Part shown: in pieces, positions 22,475-31,503 of the stretch
Layout of the letters: each line of letters opens with the position of its first letter
Position numbering within the stretch: position 1 is the stretch's first letter
Source: Halieaceae bacterium
Lineage (GTDB): Bacteria; Pseudomonadota; Gammaproteobacteria; Pseudomonadales; Halieaceae
Length of the DNA: 64,000 nt
Direction of reading: 5' to 3'
Assembly: GCA_028277365.1 (NCBI GenBank)
Contig: JANQGK010000206.1
Location: forward strand, 413-64,412
Translations under genes and position numbers: made by a program
The notes under the pieces: model-generated
Told to the model about the DNA's origin: nothing
What the model saw: only the letters and a program-made list of their open reading frames with translations
Databases searched by the model: none

Positions 22475-22971
22475 ACCGGCAGCACCTCGTTGAGGTACGC
22501 GCCAAGCGGTTCGACTATCTCCTCGAACGCAGCGCGATGCTGGGGGTAGTTTTTGACGATGAATTGCGCCTGGTGCTGGAGTACTTCGAGGGCCAGCGAC
22601 AGCCTGGCCATGGTCTTGTCACCGCCCCCGGCCGCGCGCATCACCTTGGTGTAGGCGTCAGCGAGCTTGGTGAGCAGATCGACCTTGTCTACGGGGTCCA
22701 GCTCCTGTTCCTGGAGCTGCTCCATGGTGCGGGTGAAGTTCCCGGCGAACAGTTCCAGCACTTCGGCGGTCATCTCCGCCGCGCCGCCCTCCGACATCCG
22801 GTGGGCCTGGCGCGCGCGATCCCAGCAGTCACCGCTGGCCTTGTCCTTGCGTTTCCAGTTGCGCGCCGTGTAGGCACTCACGCCTGCCAGTTCCGCCGAC
22901 TGCTCCAGCGTCAGCTTGTTGCGGACATACGCCGTCCGCACCTGGCTGCGTACTTCGGGGGAGTGGGCCAC
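22471..22971 (-). CDS. Terminase small subunit candidate (DUF1804-like HTH protein)
   Basis: 166 aa. N-terminal HTH (VRTAYVRNKLTLEQSAELAGVSAYTARNWKRKD). 4-nt overlap with TerL. This is the position of the small terminase in B3/D3112-type phages. Confidence 0.65.
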   Translation of the reverse strand: MAHSPEVRSQVRTAYVRNKLTLEQSAELAGVSAYTARNWKRKDKASGDCWDRARQAHRMSEGGAAEMTAEVLELFAGNFTRTMEQLQEQELDPVDKVDLLTKLADAYTKVMRAAGGGDKTMARLSLALEVLQHQAQFIVKNYPQHRAAFEEIVEPLGAYLNEVLPV

Positions 22972-23246
22972 TACTGGCTCTCGAACAGCTGTTTGATGAG
23001 GGCGACGCCACCCGCGAAAAAACCGCCTGCAATACCGCCAGTGACGCCGCCCGCCTTGGCGGCATTCACGTCCAGCGTGTCCAGACGTTTCTCGATACCC
23101 TTTAGCAGCTTGCGGTGCTCCGAAAGCTCGTCACGCGTGAAATCGCTGTGATCCCGGATTTGCTCCTGCATGCCTTCCTGGAGTCCGGCCACCCGGCCCA
23201 CCTCCTGGTGCAACTGATTCAGCGTCGGGTCGTTGTCGCCAGCCAT
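22971..23246 (-). CDS. Tail-anchored small membrane protein (lysis-associated or DUF2730-like)
   Basis: 91 aa. Coiled-coil N-part and a single C-terminal Gly-rich TM segment (GGVTGGIAGGFFAGGVALI). Located between the lysis genes and the terminase. Confidence 0.45.
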   Translation of the reverse strand: MAGDNDPTLNQLHQEVGRVAGLQEGMQEQIRDHSDFTRDELSEHRKLLKGIEKRLDTLDVNAAKAGGVTGGIAGGFFAGGVALIKQLFESQ

Positions 23247-23268
23247 GGCTGGTTGCTCCTGTGACGGG

Positions 23269-23868
23269 TTAGGAAGGCGGGGGCGCGGTCAAGACCGACA
23301 GCAACTGGGTCGCCGCATGCGCCCAGTACAGCGTCCGATCAACGCGTTGGAGGAGATCCTCATCGGACGGGGGTTCCGTCGTCGGGAGCAGCGTCCGCTT
23401 GATCTGAATCGCCTGAGCGTGAAAGTCACTAAGGTTTTTCTGCAGGTCGAGGGGCATCCGCTCGATGTCGGGTGCGATCTGCTGGTACGCCACCTGGTAG
23501 TCCAGGGTCAGCTGCGAGATTAATCGACTCATGTCAGCGGCGACGATCAACTTGCTGCCGGCGGTGCCTTCGCTCCACGCCACGGATAGCGCGCGGATGG
23601 CATGCACGTCGTCAATGACCGCCTGGATCGCCGACCAGGTCTTCTCGTCAAAACGTGATCGGTGCGCCTGCAGTTTCAGCTCGGTGTTGGCGAGGACAGT
23701 GTCATAGATGGGAATGTTCGTGCTGACGCGTTCGGCCGTCGCCAAAACGGCGTCGGAGGAGTAGCTCGTCGACGTACAGCCCGCCAGCGCGGACACGGTC
23801 AGGAGCGCGGTCACGAGGGCGAGACGCACAGGGCTGATCGCGCACATTGCATTACGAAGTCGGTTCAT
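23269..23868 (-). CDS. Lipoprotein, spanin candidate
   Basis: Signal peptide plus lipobox (LLTVSALAGC). Immediately downstream of, and overlapping, the endolysin gene. The C-terminus is only weakly hydrophobic, so a unimolecular spanin assignment is uncertain. Confidence 0.5.
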   Translation of the reverse strand: MNRLRNAMCAISPVRLALVTALLTVSALAGCTSTSYSSDAVLATAERVSTNIPIYDTVLANTELKLQAHRSRFDEKTWSAIQAVIDDVHAIRALSVAWSEGTAGSKLIVAADMSRLISQLTLDYQVAYQQIAPDIERMPLDLQKNLSDFHAQAIQIKRTLLPTTEPPSDEDLLQRVDRTLYWAHAATQLLSVLTAPPPS

Positions 23869-24439
23869 GGTTCACCTTCAATTCAAGTGGTAAGGAGTCG
23901 GCAAGATGGAGACTTGGCGTGTAGATGGCCTTGCGTGAAGCAGCCGCTCTGAATGCCGTCAGCACCTCCAGACGAGGCGTGGCGGCGATCGACACGTGTA
24001 CCCACTCCTGGAACTCCAGGATGAGCTGGTCAAAGGTCAGATTGGCTTCGATCCAGGTCGCCACCCCGTAAGGTGAAACACCAGGCACCTGGATGTCGGC
24101 GGCCTGGCCAAACTGGTGTTGCGAGTTCACCGCACCACCAATCATTAGGTTCAACGCCTTGCAGCGGTAGCCGGAGGTAATGATTACCGTGCCGAACTCA
24201 TCTCGCAGCGGCTGCAGGACGGTCTCAGCGAGCGTCAGCAGATTGCGGAAGGGCTGGCCTGGTCGACAGTCGATGGGTATCCGATTGTCGATCTGGTGGC
24301 GACTGGCAGCCCCTGACCGGATGAACTCCAGCAGTGTGAAGTTCTGGGCCAGGCGGACTGTTGCGGGATCGAAATTCAGGGCACTGCTCACGCCCGGTCT
24401 CCTATTGCCATAGGCGACATCGATCATGGCGGAATGCAC
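23852..24439 (-). CDS. Endolysin, peptidase M15 (D-Ala-D-Ala carboxypeptidase-like) family
   Basis: Motifs NFTLLEFIRS, ITSGYRC..LN, NSQHQFGQAADI and EWVHVS (Zn ligands H/D/H). Start is GTG 24439 or ATG 24427. Confidence 0.75.
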   Translation of the reverse strand: MHSAMIDVAYGNRRPGVSSALNFDPATVRLAQNFTLLEFIRSGAASRHQIDNRIPIDCRPGQPFRNLLTLAETVLQPLRDEFGTVIITSGYRCKALNLMIGGAVNSQHQFGQAADIQVPGVSPYGVATWIEANLTFDQLILEFQEWVHVSIAATPRLEVLTAFRAAASRKAIYTPSLHLADSLPLELKVNHEPTS

Positions 24440-24448
24440 TGCTGGATT

Positions 24449-24473
24449 AGACTGTGAAACGCTTCACAGCCGG
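24449..24473 (-). promoter_or_regulatory. Late-arm dyad element, copy A (CCGG C TGTGAA GCGT TTCACA GTCT on the minus strand)
   Basis: Perfect TGTGA-N6-TCACA dyad between the mor-like stop (24482) and the endolysin start (24439/24427). Near-identical, same-orientation copy at 33930-33953. Confidence 0.6.
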
Positions 24474-24481
24474 TAGGAGGG

Positions 24482-24904
24482 TTACTCGAAGAGGGTGGCC
24501 TGGGGAGAGACGGTCGTCTCGCGGGCCTTGTTGACGATATTGATTATGTGACGGCGGGTCAACTTGAATTCCCGCGCCAGGGCGACGTGGGTCTCGCCGG
24601 CGGCCGAGCGCCGGGAGATCTCCTGGTCGCGGATCTGCAGGAGGCAGCTATCGAGCTTGGGCAGCTCGATGCTCTGTGCGCCCCACAGCTCCGCCAGGCT
24701 GTCGATCTGCTTGGCCGTGAGAATGGCAGAGAGCTTCCGGCTGCGGCGACTGCGCGCCGGGATGCGGATCGGTGTGCCGCCGTGGCGATCGAGAAGCACC
24801 AGCGTGGCCGGCAGCCCGATCGCGCGCACCAGCATCCGCGCTCGCGGCGGCAGCGCCTTCTCGCTGATGCGCTCGATATCGGCGTCAGGTATCGGTTGCG
24901 CCAT
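24482..24904 (-). CDS. mor: Mor/C-family transcriptional activator (middle/late operon regulator)
   Basis: Track ORF trimmed to ATG 24904 (MAQPIPDADIERI...). The C-terminal HTH (GETHVALAREFKLTRRHIINIVNKARE) and overall length (140 aa) fit the Mor family. Sits just upstream of the lysis and late genes. Confidence 0.75.
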   Translation of the reverse strand: MAQPIPDADIERISEKALPPRARMLVRAIGLPATLVLLDRHGGTPIRIPARSRRSRKLSAILTAKQIDSLAELWGAQSIELPKLDSCLLQIRDQEISRRSAAGETHVALAREFKLTRRHIINIVNKARETTVSPQATLFE

Positions 24905-25421
24905 GAGAGTCCAAGGGACCAGCGCCAGGGTGGCGCAGATCCTCCAGCACCTGCCAGTAGGCAGCCTGGGCGCATTCGTCGATGTAGTGCCCCACGAGCG
25001 CTTCCGCGATGATTTGAAATCCCACAGCGCCTGCTTCGGTAGCGCTCGCTCGACGTCTGATATTGAGGGCCACGCGCGCGATGGCCTCTTCCTTGAGCAC
25101 CAGTCCGGTCGCATCCGCCTCGCTGCGTAGCAACGACTCGACGAAATCGATTTGGATGCGGGTCATGGCGTCCATGTCCTCGATCTCGCAACCACCGAGG
25201 CGAAGGCCGGTGTAGACATACACCAGGTCAGCACCATAGAGGCCGAGCCGGACCAGGTCGAAGGCGCTTATGTCGCCAGAAGCCTTCCACCCGCGAATCA
25301 CACCATCCAGCTCCTCGACCTCCGTATGTATCACACCCTCTCGCTCCAGACGCTCCAGCTCCTCACAGAGCCGTTCCTGATAGCGCGCAAAGCTCTCAGC
25401 AGTGCTACTCACAACGCACAC
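24885..25421 (-). CDS. Hypothetical early/middle protein
   Basis: 178-aa ORF co-oriented with its neighbours, with short overlaps on both sides. No family recognised. Confidence 0.4.
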   Translation of the reverse strand: MCVVSSTAESFARYQERLCEELERLEREGVIHTEVEELDGVIRGWKASGDISAFDLVRLGLYGADLVYVYTGLRLGGCEIEDMDAMTRIQIDFVESLLRSEADATGLVLKEEAIARVALNIRRRASATEAGAVGFQIIAEALVGHYIDECAQAAYWQVLEDLRHPGAGPLDSHGATDT

Positions 25422-25851
25422 CCTCCCGAACGCACCAACTCTTCAGCGCCTCGATACAGTTGTTCAGCTCGTTGGACTCCGCCCAGGCGAGCGGCCTGCC
25501 GTTCGTCATGGACTTGCACCAGGCTTCCATCGCTTCCTGGCTGCGGTTTTTCACCGCGCCCGCGTCGGCGAGGCTGCACCACAGTGCGGTGATCTTGTTG
25601 ATCCGGGGTTGCTTTGCCTTACTCGCCGGCTTGGACCGTGCCTTGGGTTTCACGTGGAACCCTCGGCGCTTCATCTCGTCACGAACATGGCGCAGCTGTG
25701 TATCGGACAGAGCATTACAGCTACGTTTGCCCGTGCAGCGCTGGAGGAATCTGCGATAGTCATCCTCGTTCATACCCAGCTCGCGCTTGCCGACGTGGAT
25801 GACGCGGATCAGTCGAGCGCGCTCTGGTGTAATGTCATATTTACGCTCCAT
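25405..25851 (-). CDS. GemA / Mu gp16-like protein (DUF1018)
   Basis: IRVIHVGKRELGMNEDDYRRFLQRCTGKRSCNALSDTQLRHVRDEMKRRGF matches the DUF1018 pattern. Confidence 0.7.
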   Translation of the reverse strand: MERKYDITPERARLIRVIHVGKRELGMNEDDYRRFLQRCTGKRSCNALSDTQLRHVRDEMKRRGFHVKPKARSKPASKAKQPRINKITALWCSLADAGAVKNRSQEAMEAWCKSMTNGRPLAWAESNELNNCIEALKSWCVREGVRCE

Positions 25852-26041
25852 GCTCGCTACTCCTGATGCGCCGCAGCTTGACGATCTTCCGACGCATCCC
25901 CTTGACCTGCTGACGCATCCGGTTGTTCTGGCACACCAGGCGATCCTGGTCCGAGCGCGGCGTGCCCTTGAGGGGTTTCGGGGCGAGGACCACGTTGCCG
26001 TCCTCGTCCCACTCCCTGACTTTCGTGCTCATGGTGCTCAT
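25841..26041 (-). CDS. Small basic protein (66 aa), or the C-terminal part of a frameshifted upstream gene
   Basis: Hand-counted third-position GC over 25861-26040 is 55/60 in this frame, versus 25/60 in the frame of the overlapping 151-aa ORF. The sequence looks protein-like (MSTMSTKVREWDEDGNVVLAPKPLKG...). Confidence 0.5.
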   Translation of the reverse strand: MSTMSTKVREWDEDGNVVLAPKPLKGTPRSDQDRLVCQNNRMRQQVKGMRRKIVKLRRIRSSEHGA

Positions 26042-26312
26042 CTCCTGTAGTGGGGTTTCGATAAACGACCTTCACGACTCTGTTGAGCGAGGCGACATAC
26101 CAGGCCCCTTCCAGCGCAAACGAGGGGCCAGTAGCCGGGATGGCACTCGGGTCCACCTGGATGACCACACGGTCGGCGCTGTAGCGCACCTGGTGGATGT
26201 GGTACCCGTCGCGCGCGAGGCGGCGAACCGCTTCCGTGGCTGCCAGCCCGTTGCCGGCGACCAGGAAATTGGCGGTAGCCGCTTCTCGCTTTCCAGCCAG
26301 GTCGTCGCTCAT
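25857..26312 (-). CDS. Hypothetical protein; only the first ~90 codons look coding (possible frameshift into the 25841..26041 frame)
   Basis: The N-terminal 90 aa look protein-like and have the highest GC3 (15/20 sampled at 26101-26160). After residue ~90 the sequence becomes G/P/R/Q-rich and GC3 drops to 42%. No stop occurs until 25857. Confidence 0.35.
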   Translation of the reverse strand: MSDDLAGKREAATANFLVAGNGLAATEAVRRLARDGYHIHQVRYSADRVVIQVDPSAIPATGPSFALEGAWYVASLNRVVKVVYRNPTTGDEHHEHESQGVGRGRQRGPRPETPQGHAALGPGSPGVPEQPDASAGQGDASEDRQAAAHQE

Positions 26313-26836
26313 CCGGTGGTCGCCGCTTTCTCGATCTCGCTCTCGAAGGGCTTCACGATGAACTCCTCTTTCTGACTGATCGTGATGCCCCTGACGCCCT
26401 GGACGGCGTCGGCGTCGTTGAGAATCGCTTCCTTGTCGACTTCCTCCTTGGTGCGAATGAAGCGGTCCAGACTGAGTGACTTCAGCGCCTGGATAACGTC
26501 GGGGATCTTCTTGAGGCTGACTTTCTTGGGTGTTTTCCTCCAGCTGATCTCTCCGCTGGTGAGGTTCACGGTTTTGCGCGTGCCCTTGCAGAGGTCAGAG
26601 CGGTTGGTCTCGGCCCAGGCTTTCACGCCCAGGAACAGCTCCTCGATCTTCGCGTTGAGCGGTAGCGCTTCCTCCTCGAACCCACGCTTGATGGCCGACA
26701 GTTCATCGTTCATCGCCGATTCGATCGAGACGACCTGTCGCTGCAAGGCGCCGATCTGAGCGACCATGTCCTCGGCTTCCACCTGGGTACCGGGAGTCGG
26801 CACGGCGTCCGACTTAATGCGTGGCTTGTTTGCCAT
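26309..26836 (-). CDS. gam: Host-nuclease inhibitor Gam (Mu Gam family)
   Basis: 175 aa with a coiled-coil N-part (IGALQRQVVSIESAMNDELSAIKRGFEEEALPLNAKIEEL) and the C-terminal pattern TVNLTSGEISWRKTPKKV typical of Mu Gam. Confidence 0.8.
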   Translation of the reverse strand: MANKPRIKSDAVPTPGTQVEAEDMVAQIGALQRQVVSIESAMNDELSAIKRGFEEEALPLNAKIEELFLGVKAWAETNRSDLCKGTRKTVNLTSGEISWRKTPKKVSLKKIPDVIQALKSLSLDRFIRTKEEVDKEAILNDADAVQGVRGITISQKEEFIVKPFESEIEKAATTG

Positions 26837-27215
26837 AAACTTCTCCTAGTGCATGAGGGTCGATATTGACCCTGAAGTGTGGGTACTCGCCGTTGACGGT
26901 CATGCCGTATCGCAGGTTCGCGTTGAAGGCGAGTGTGAGTGCGTTGATCAGCGCTGAGCGCATCGCCCCAGCGTCACGCCGGAAGTAGATGTACATCTGC
27001 GCGGCGTCGAAGGCGTTCTTGTCGAAAGGTTGGCGGTGGTCGAACTGGTCGACCTGCAGGTAGGGCAGGATTGTGCCGTCCTCCGCGATCTTTCCCTCCG
27101 CCGCAGTGACCCGCCAGTAGTGCGTGTCGATCGATTCGGGTGGCGACGTCACCTCCAGCGGAGGCGTGTTACACATCACCGCGCCGACGATGATTTTGGA
27201 TTTGCTGTTGGTCAT
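26814..27215 (-). CDS. Hypothetical early protein (occupies the position of Mu kil)
   Basis: 133-aa ORF with an ATGA overlap with the MuB-like gene. No family recognised. Confidence 0.4.
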   Translation of the reverse strand: MTNSKSKIIVGAVMCNTPPLEVTSPPESIDTHYWRVTAAEGKIAEDGTILPYLQVDQFDHRQPFDKNAFDAAQMYIYFRRDAGAMRSALINALTLAFNANLRYGMTVNGEYPHFRVNIDPHALGEVYGKQATH

Positions 27216-28195
27216 AGTTGTGCCCTCCGAAAGGCGTTACTGCCTGCCATGGTTTCTTCATTGACACGCTCCACCAGCTTCGCCGTCACGGCGGCGTCGC
27301 TGTTCGTGGCAGCGCGGTAGGTGTTGCGGCAAAGGTTTCGTAGGAGACGCGCTGAGCCGCCGCAGCACGTCCAGTAGGCGTCGACGAGTTCATCGCCGAC
27401 GTCCATGTCATCCGGTTCGAAGTACGCCTTCACCAGGACGGAGCAGTCGTCCCGGCTGATCTTCCGGACCACAGGCGGCCAGAAGGAGATGCGACTCGCG
27501 AGCTGGCCCAGGCGACCCTCGATCCCCTGGATGCGCGCGATCAGATCCGGTAAGCCCACCAGCATCAGGGCGATGCCGGCCTGGTCGGAGATCCTGCGAA
27601 GCGCGTCCAGGGACTGGTCACTCAGGTAGTTGGCCTCGTCGGCGAGGATCATGCGGTCGGTACCGGCAAACGCCTTGATGATCTCCAGCGTGACCTCATC
27701 GGCGCGAGCGCTTCGGCGCACTTCGACCTCGCATTGCTGTGCCAGCATGTGCGAGAAGGTGCTGTGTCCCAGCCCTCGACTCGCCCCAACCATCGCAGTG
27801 CCTTTTACCCGCATCGCATAGTCAACCAAGGCGCTGGTTTTGCCGATGCCCGGACTCCCAGCAAAGACCCCGATGTCGCGGTCCCGGTGGGCGCGTTGAA
27901 TCAGCGCGGTAATTTTTTTGTGGACTGAGGTCTCACAACGCGGCAGCTCGGCGCGGCCGTCCTGGTCACGCATGGCCTGGCGTTCCAGCGCGTCCAGGAT
28001 CTGCAGCAGCTTCTTTGAAGGCCGTGCGTGGTAGCCACCCGAGAGGAGCGAATTGACGGTCCCCGATGGCATCCCTGTCAGGCTGCTGATCATCGCCTTG
28101 GTTCGGTCAGGCGCCTGTTGCAGCCAAGTCTTGATCTGCTCCAAAACTTCCAGGTCTTCTGAGTTGTAACTGCTGAATCGTTTTTTCTCAGTCAT
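27212..28195 (-). CDS. MuB-like AAA+ ATPase (DNA transposition / target-capture protein)
   Basis: N-terminal HTH-like region, Walker A GSPGIGKTSAL, Walker B MILADEANYL. Directly downstream of the transposase with an 8-nt overlap. Confidence 0.8.
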   Translation of the reverse strand: MTEKKRFSSYNSEDLEVLEQIKTWLQQAPDRTKAMISSLTGMPSGTVNSLLSGGYHARPSKKLLQILDALERQAMRDQDGRAELPRCETSVHKKITALIQRAHRDRDIGVFAGSPGIGKTSALVDYAMRVKGTAMVGASRGLGHSTFSHMLAQQCEVEVRRSARADEVTLEIIKAFAGTDRMILADEANYLSDQSLDALRRISDQAGIALMLVGLPDLIARIQGIEGRLGQLASRISFWPPVVRKISRDDCSVLVKAYFEPDDMDVGDELVDAYWTCCGGSARLLRNLCRNTYRAATNSDAAVTAKLVERVNEETMAGSNAFRRAQL

Positions 28196-29957
28196 TCGTG
28201 TGCTCCTCGGTGTGGTGCCTCAACGTGAAATCCAGCGTGTCGAGCGACGGCTCGCTCGCTGGTGATGAATGTGTGGGTCGGTAGTCCTGCAGGATCGAGT
28301 CACGTAGCAGGTCGCCGTCTTCGATCGCGGCGTTCCCTCGCTCAATCTGCGCATAAGAGTTCTCGATGAGCAGCGGCGCTATCGTGTCCAGCGCCTCGCT
28401 GTCGTCGGCGGTGATGACACGACTCGCGCGGTCGATGTCTTCCTGGATGTGCGCCTGCTTGCGACGGATGGCGTTGTCTCGGCGCGCGATCCTGGCGTCC
28501 TGGATGCGTGAGGGCGACAAGTACTCGCTCCGCTGCTCCAGAACGGCAGTGGTGATGAAGCGGCCTTCGGGCGACGTGTACACCACCACCTCGGCGTCGT
28601 CTTTGAGGTCATACTCCACCACCACTTCCTTCTGGTTGAAGGCGAGCAGACCCTCGCTGGTGTACATGCGTCCGTGCAGGCGGATGCGTTGGCGCGTGAC
28701 TGTACGGGTGATGCGCGGCCGCACAATGGCGTCGGCCGGGCAGCTCAGTTCGAAATGGTCGCGCTGTTCCCACATCGACGCTGGTGTGTCATCGTCCAGG
28801 CCGCTGTGCGCCTGGTGGTGGTAGGCATAGTCGATCCACTCCTCCAGCCGCAGGTAGTAGTCCTGCATCGACGGCAGCGGCACCTTGCCCGTGCTGGCGT
28901 CTTTGAGCACCTTGCGTAACGCCTCGGGTGACATGTCGCTGCCGCAGTAGCTCGGAAACTGCTTGTCGAATTGATCGCGCAGCGTGCGGAAGAAGCGCTC
29001 AACGACGCCCTTGCCCTTCGAGTTACCGGGCAGTGATCGCACCACCTCCATACCGAACTTCGCGTAGAAGCCGGTCGAGGCGTCGTTCATGAGTTTCGAT
29101 ATGTAGCCGCTGCCGTTGTCGACGTGGACACCCACCGGCTGGTGGTTGTGGTTGATCATCGCTGCGGAGAGTGAGAAGAGTGTGGAGATGGAGGATTCCG
29201 CGTCACTGACGTAGAAGCCGGGGATGTACCGGCTGCGCAGGTCAATCCAGACCGACAGCTCCGGCCGGTACGGCTTACCTGTGATCGGGTGCGCCAGGTA
29301 GACGTCGATGGTATGGCCGTCGCCCTGAAAGATGTCGCCCACATTCAACGTGTGGTAGCTCATCACCCGGTACCGGCGCATGCTGTCGCGGTAGAGCTTT
29401 GGTCCGAGGCGCCTGGCGTTCTTGACGTCGTCTGGCAGGCTATCGACGAAGTAGCGCACCTGGTGGTCGGTCACATCGAAGCCGTTGCTGCGCAGCGCAC
29501 GGGCGACTTGCGCGACTGCTGGTTTCTGCGGCCGCCCCCACTCCGTCAGAGCCGCCTGGTGCCACGACTTCAAGCCGACGACGCGGCCACGGTGCTGCGG
29601 CACCAGAGCGCCCTCCTCACCGTCCTCGTGACGCTTGAACGCCTTGTACAGCGAGTAGCAGGTGGCGCGACTGGGCAACTTGGTCTTCGAGGGCCACGCG
29701 ATACGGATCGCCGCCAGTATCTCCTCGGCCAACACTCCGTGCTCGTAGGCGGTTACGAGCATCCCGTAGGCACGATTGAACGAGACGGGGTTGGACTCCG
29801 CGTGTGCCATGAGACCTTCGAGGTGGCGCGCCACGATGAGCTTCGCAGCCTCCTTTCGCTTCTTCGCGTCAGTCGGTGTGGCCAAGGTTGTAGCCAGATG
29901 CTCGCGCGCCTCACGCAGCGCCTTGCTCTCTGGACTAATGTCGACGACGCGCCCCAT
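28188..29957 (-). CDS. MuA-like DDE transposase
   Basis: rve/RNase H-like core with the DDE triad (FQGDGHTIDV, VHVDNGSGY, GKGVVERFFRTL). The start is set at ATG 29957, which has an AGGA-type RBS and lies 10 nt after the upstream stop. The track's TTG 29990 would add 11 aa and overlap the upstream gene. Confidence 0.9.
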   Translation of the reverse strand: MGRVVDISPESKALREAREHLATTLATPTDAKKRKEAAKLIVARHLEGLMAHAESNPVSFNRAYGMLVTAYEHGVLAEEILAAIRIAWPSKTKLPSRATCYSLYKAFKRHEDGEEGALVPQHRGRVVGLKSWHQAALTEWGRPQKPAVAQVARALRSNGFDVTDHQVRYFVDSLPDDVKNARRLGPKLYRDSMRRYRVMSYHTLNVGDIFQGDGHTIDVYLAHPITGKPYRPELSVWIDLRSRYIPGFYVSDAESSISTLFSLSAAMINHNHQPVGVHVDNGSGYISKLMNDASTGFYAKFGMEVVRSLPGNSKGKGVVERFFRTLRDQFDKQFPSYCGSDMSPEALRKVLKDASTGKVPLPSMQDYYLRLEEWIDYAYHHQAHSGLDDDTPASMWEQRDHFELSCPADAIVRPRITRTVTRQRIRLHGRMYTSEGLLAFNQKEVVVEYDLKDDAEVVVYTSPEGRFITTAVLEQRSEYLSPSRIQDARIARRDNAIRRKQAHIQEDIDRASRVITADDSEALDTIAPLLIENSYAQIERGNAAIEDGDLLRDSILQDYRPTHSSPASEPSLDTLDFTLRHHTEEHTND

Positions 29958-29967
29958 GGTGTCGGTC

Positions 29968-31011
29968 CTACTTCCTACGCGAGCCAACAAAGGCGCGGTT
30001 GGCGTGGATTCGGGTCGTTTCGTTCTGGACGTAGTTGCGCGCGTCCTGGGCGGCGAGATTCAGCTCGTCCAGATCACCGAGCTTGAACTCAGGGGCGATG
30101 ACGCCGTCTTCTGGTGGTGGGCTAACGTCCGCAACGAGATCCCAGCACTCCTGTAGCTGAGCCACACCGGAAGCGATGGAAAAGCAAATTTGCGATGCGA
30201 TGTTCGACTTGGTGACCGCGTCATGCTTAAGCGATCGAAGCTCATCAATCAGCCGTTCCAACTCTCGGGTGGTTTCTGTGATGACTTCGCCGTGATGGAG
30301 GGCGGTCAGCCGGAGCCGTCTGGTGTCTGCCTCCTTCTTCGAGCCAGAGCGCAGTCGCTTGTTCTGCTCCAGTTGGTCGTTCAGCTTCGCCTGGGTATCG
30401 CGCTGCTTCGCCTCGGCTGTGTCACGTTCACGTCGCAACTTCACGAACGCCTCGACCTCTAGGGAGGTGCCGTCGTTTACCATCTCGAAATGCTCGCCTG
30501 TCAGCACATCTTCCATCTCGGCGTGGCCCAGCCGCGTCAGCGCTGTGACTTTCCTGGCAGGCAGCCCGGTAAGCTTCTGGCGGGCCGCCGGCCCGAGATT
30601 CATCCACGCTGCGGCATTCTTCATGTCGCGCTCCGAACCTCGTTTGGAAATGCCATGGGCCTCCCGCCACGGCGTCCACTCACCGTGGGACATCCGGCTC
30701 TTCTGCAGTAGTAGATGTAGGCCGACGCTGACGCTGGCGGCGGCACTGGCTGCCTGTGCTCTCTCTAGTGAGGCAACAAACGCTTCCCCCTCAAGCAACG
30801 CTCCATCATCAGTGATAGGCAGAGCAACACGCGCCATCTCGTTGCTGTCGTCCAGCGATCGAAGGCAAGCGCTGATCTCATTGAGCGTTGAAGCCATCAA
30901 CTCCGCGCGCTTTGGATCGGGTTCGTTTGCGAGAATGACTTCGCCTGTCTTCACAACCTCGCTAATCTGTTTACTGGTGTTGGATTTCCGTCCGCGTTTC
31001 GCTTGTGCCAC
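29968..31011 (-). CDS. DUF3102-like early protein
   Basis: 347 aa. The segment SHGEWTPWREAHGISKRGSERDMKNAAAW resembles the DUF3102 signature. The C-terminal half is coiled coil. Confidence 0.5.
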   Translation of the reverse strand: MAQAKRGRKSNTSKQISEVVKTGEVILANEPDPKRAELMASTLNEISACLRSLDDSNEMARVALPITDDGALLEGEAFVASLERAQAASAAASVSVGLHLLLQKSRMSHGEWTPWREAHGISKRGSERDMKNAAAWMNLGPAARQKLTGLPARKVTALTRLGHAEMEDVLTGEHFEMVNDGTSLEVEAFVKLRRERDTAEAKQRDTQAKLNDQLEQNKRLRSGSKKEADTRRLRLTALHHGEVITETTRELERLIDELRSLKHDAVTKSNIASQICFSIASGVAQLQECWDLVADVSPPPEDGVIAPEFKLGDLDELNLAAQDARNYVQNETTRIHANRAFVGSRRK

Positions 31012-31050
31012 GTGGTTCTCCTTACTGGGGCGACCGCCCCGGCTGTGTGT

Positions 31051-31503
31051 TTAAGTCGAGAGCTTCTTTCCCATCTGGCGGAGCTGCCGCTCCAGTCGCT
31101 GCTTGTGGATCGCCAGCTCGCCGTAAGCCAGCGCCTCCTGGTCCCGGCTGTCGACCAGGTCATGCGCGAGCGATCCGGCCAGCGCTTCCATAGGCAGCAT
31201 CGATCGTGTGGCCCAGCAGATGGCTGGGACGATGTGGGCTGGGATTCGTTTCTCGTCCTGGCTGGGAGCCAGCCAGGCGTTGAGCATTCGCTTGGTGACT
31301 TTCTTGACGCCTGTATCAACTAGACACAGGTTGATGCGATCAACGACCTGGTCGCGGCTGTAGCCGCTCAGTCGGATGGCCTTCTTAACGGCAGCCGTTA
31401 GCTCCGCATCAAGATCGAGGGGTGGCGCGTTCTCGGAGTGGAGCACAGGCTGCTCCAGTCCGCCGAACAGGTCACTGGTAAAAGAATCTGGCGTTTTTAC
31501 CAT
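31051..31503 (-). CDS. Early regulatory / DNA-binding protein candidate (CII-like)
   Basis: Trimmed to ATG 31503, which has a GAGGA RBS 7-8 nt upstream. The segment SGYSRDQVVDRINLCLVDTGVKKVTKRMLNAWLAPS...IPAHIVPAICWAT resembles phage CII-type regulators. Weak call. Confidence 0.45.
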   Translation of the reverse strand: MVKTPDSFTSDLFGGLEQPVLHSENAPPLDLDAELTAAVKKAIRLSGYSRDQVVDRINLCLVDTGVKKVTKRMLNAWLAPSQDEKRIPAHIVPAICWATRSMLPMEALAGSLAHDLVDSRDQEALAYGELAIHKQRLERQLRQMGKKLST

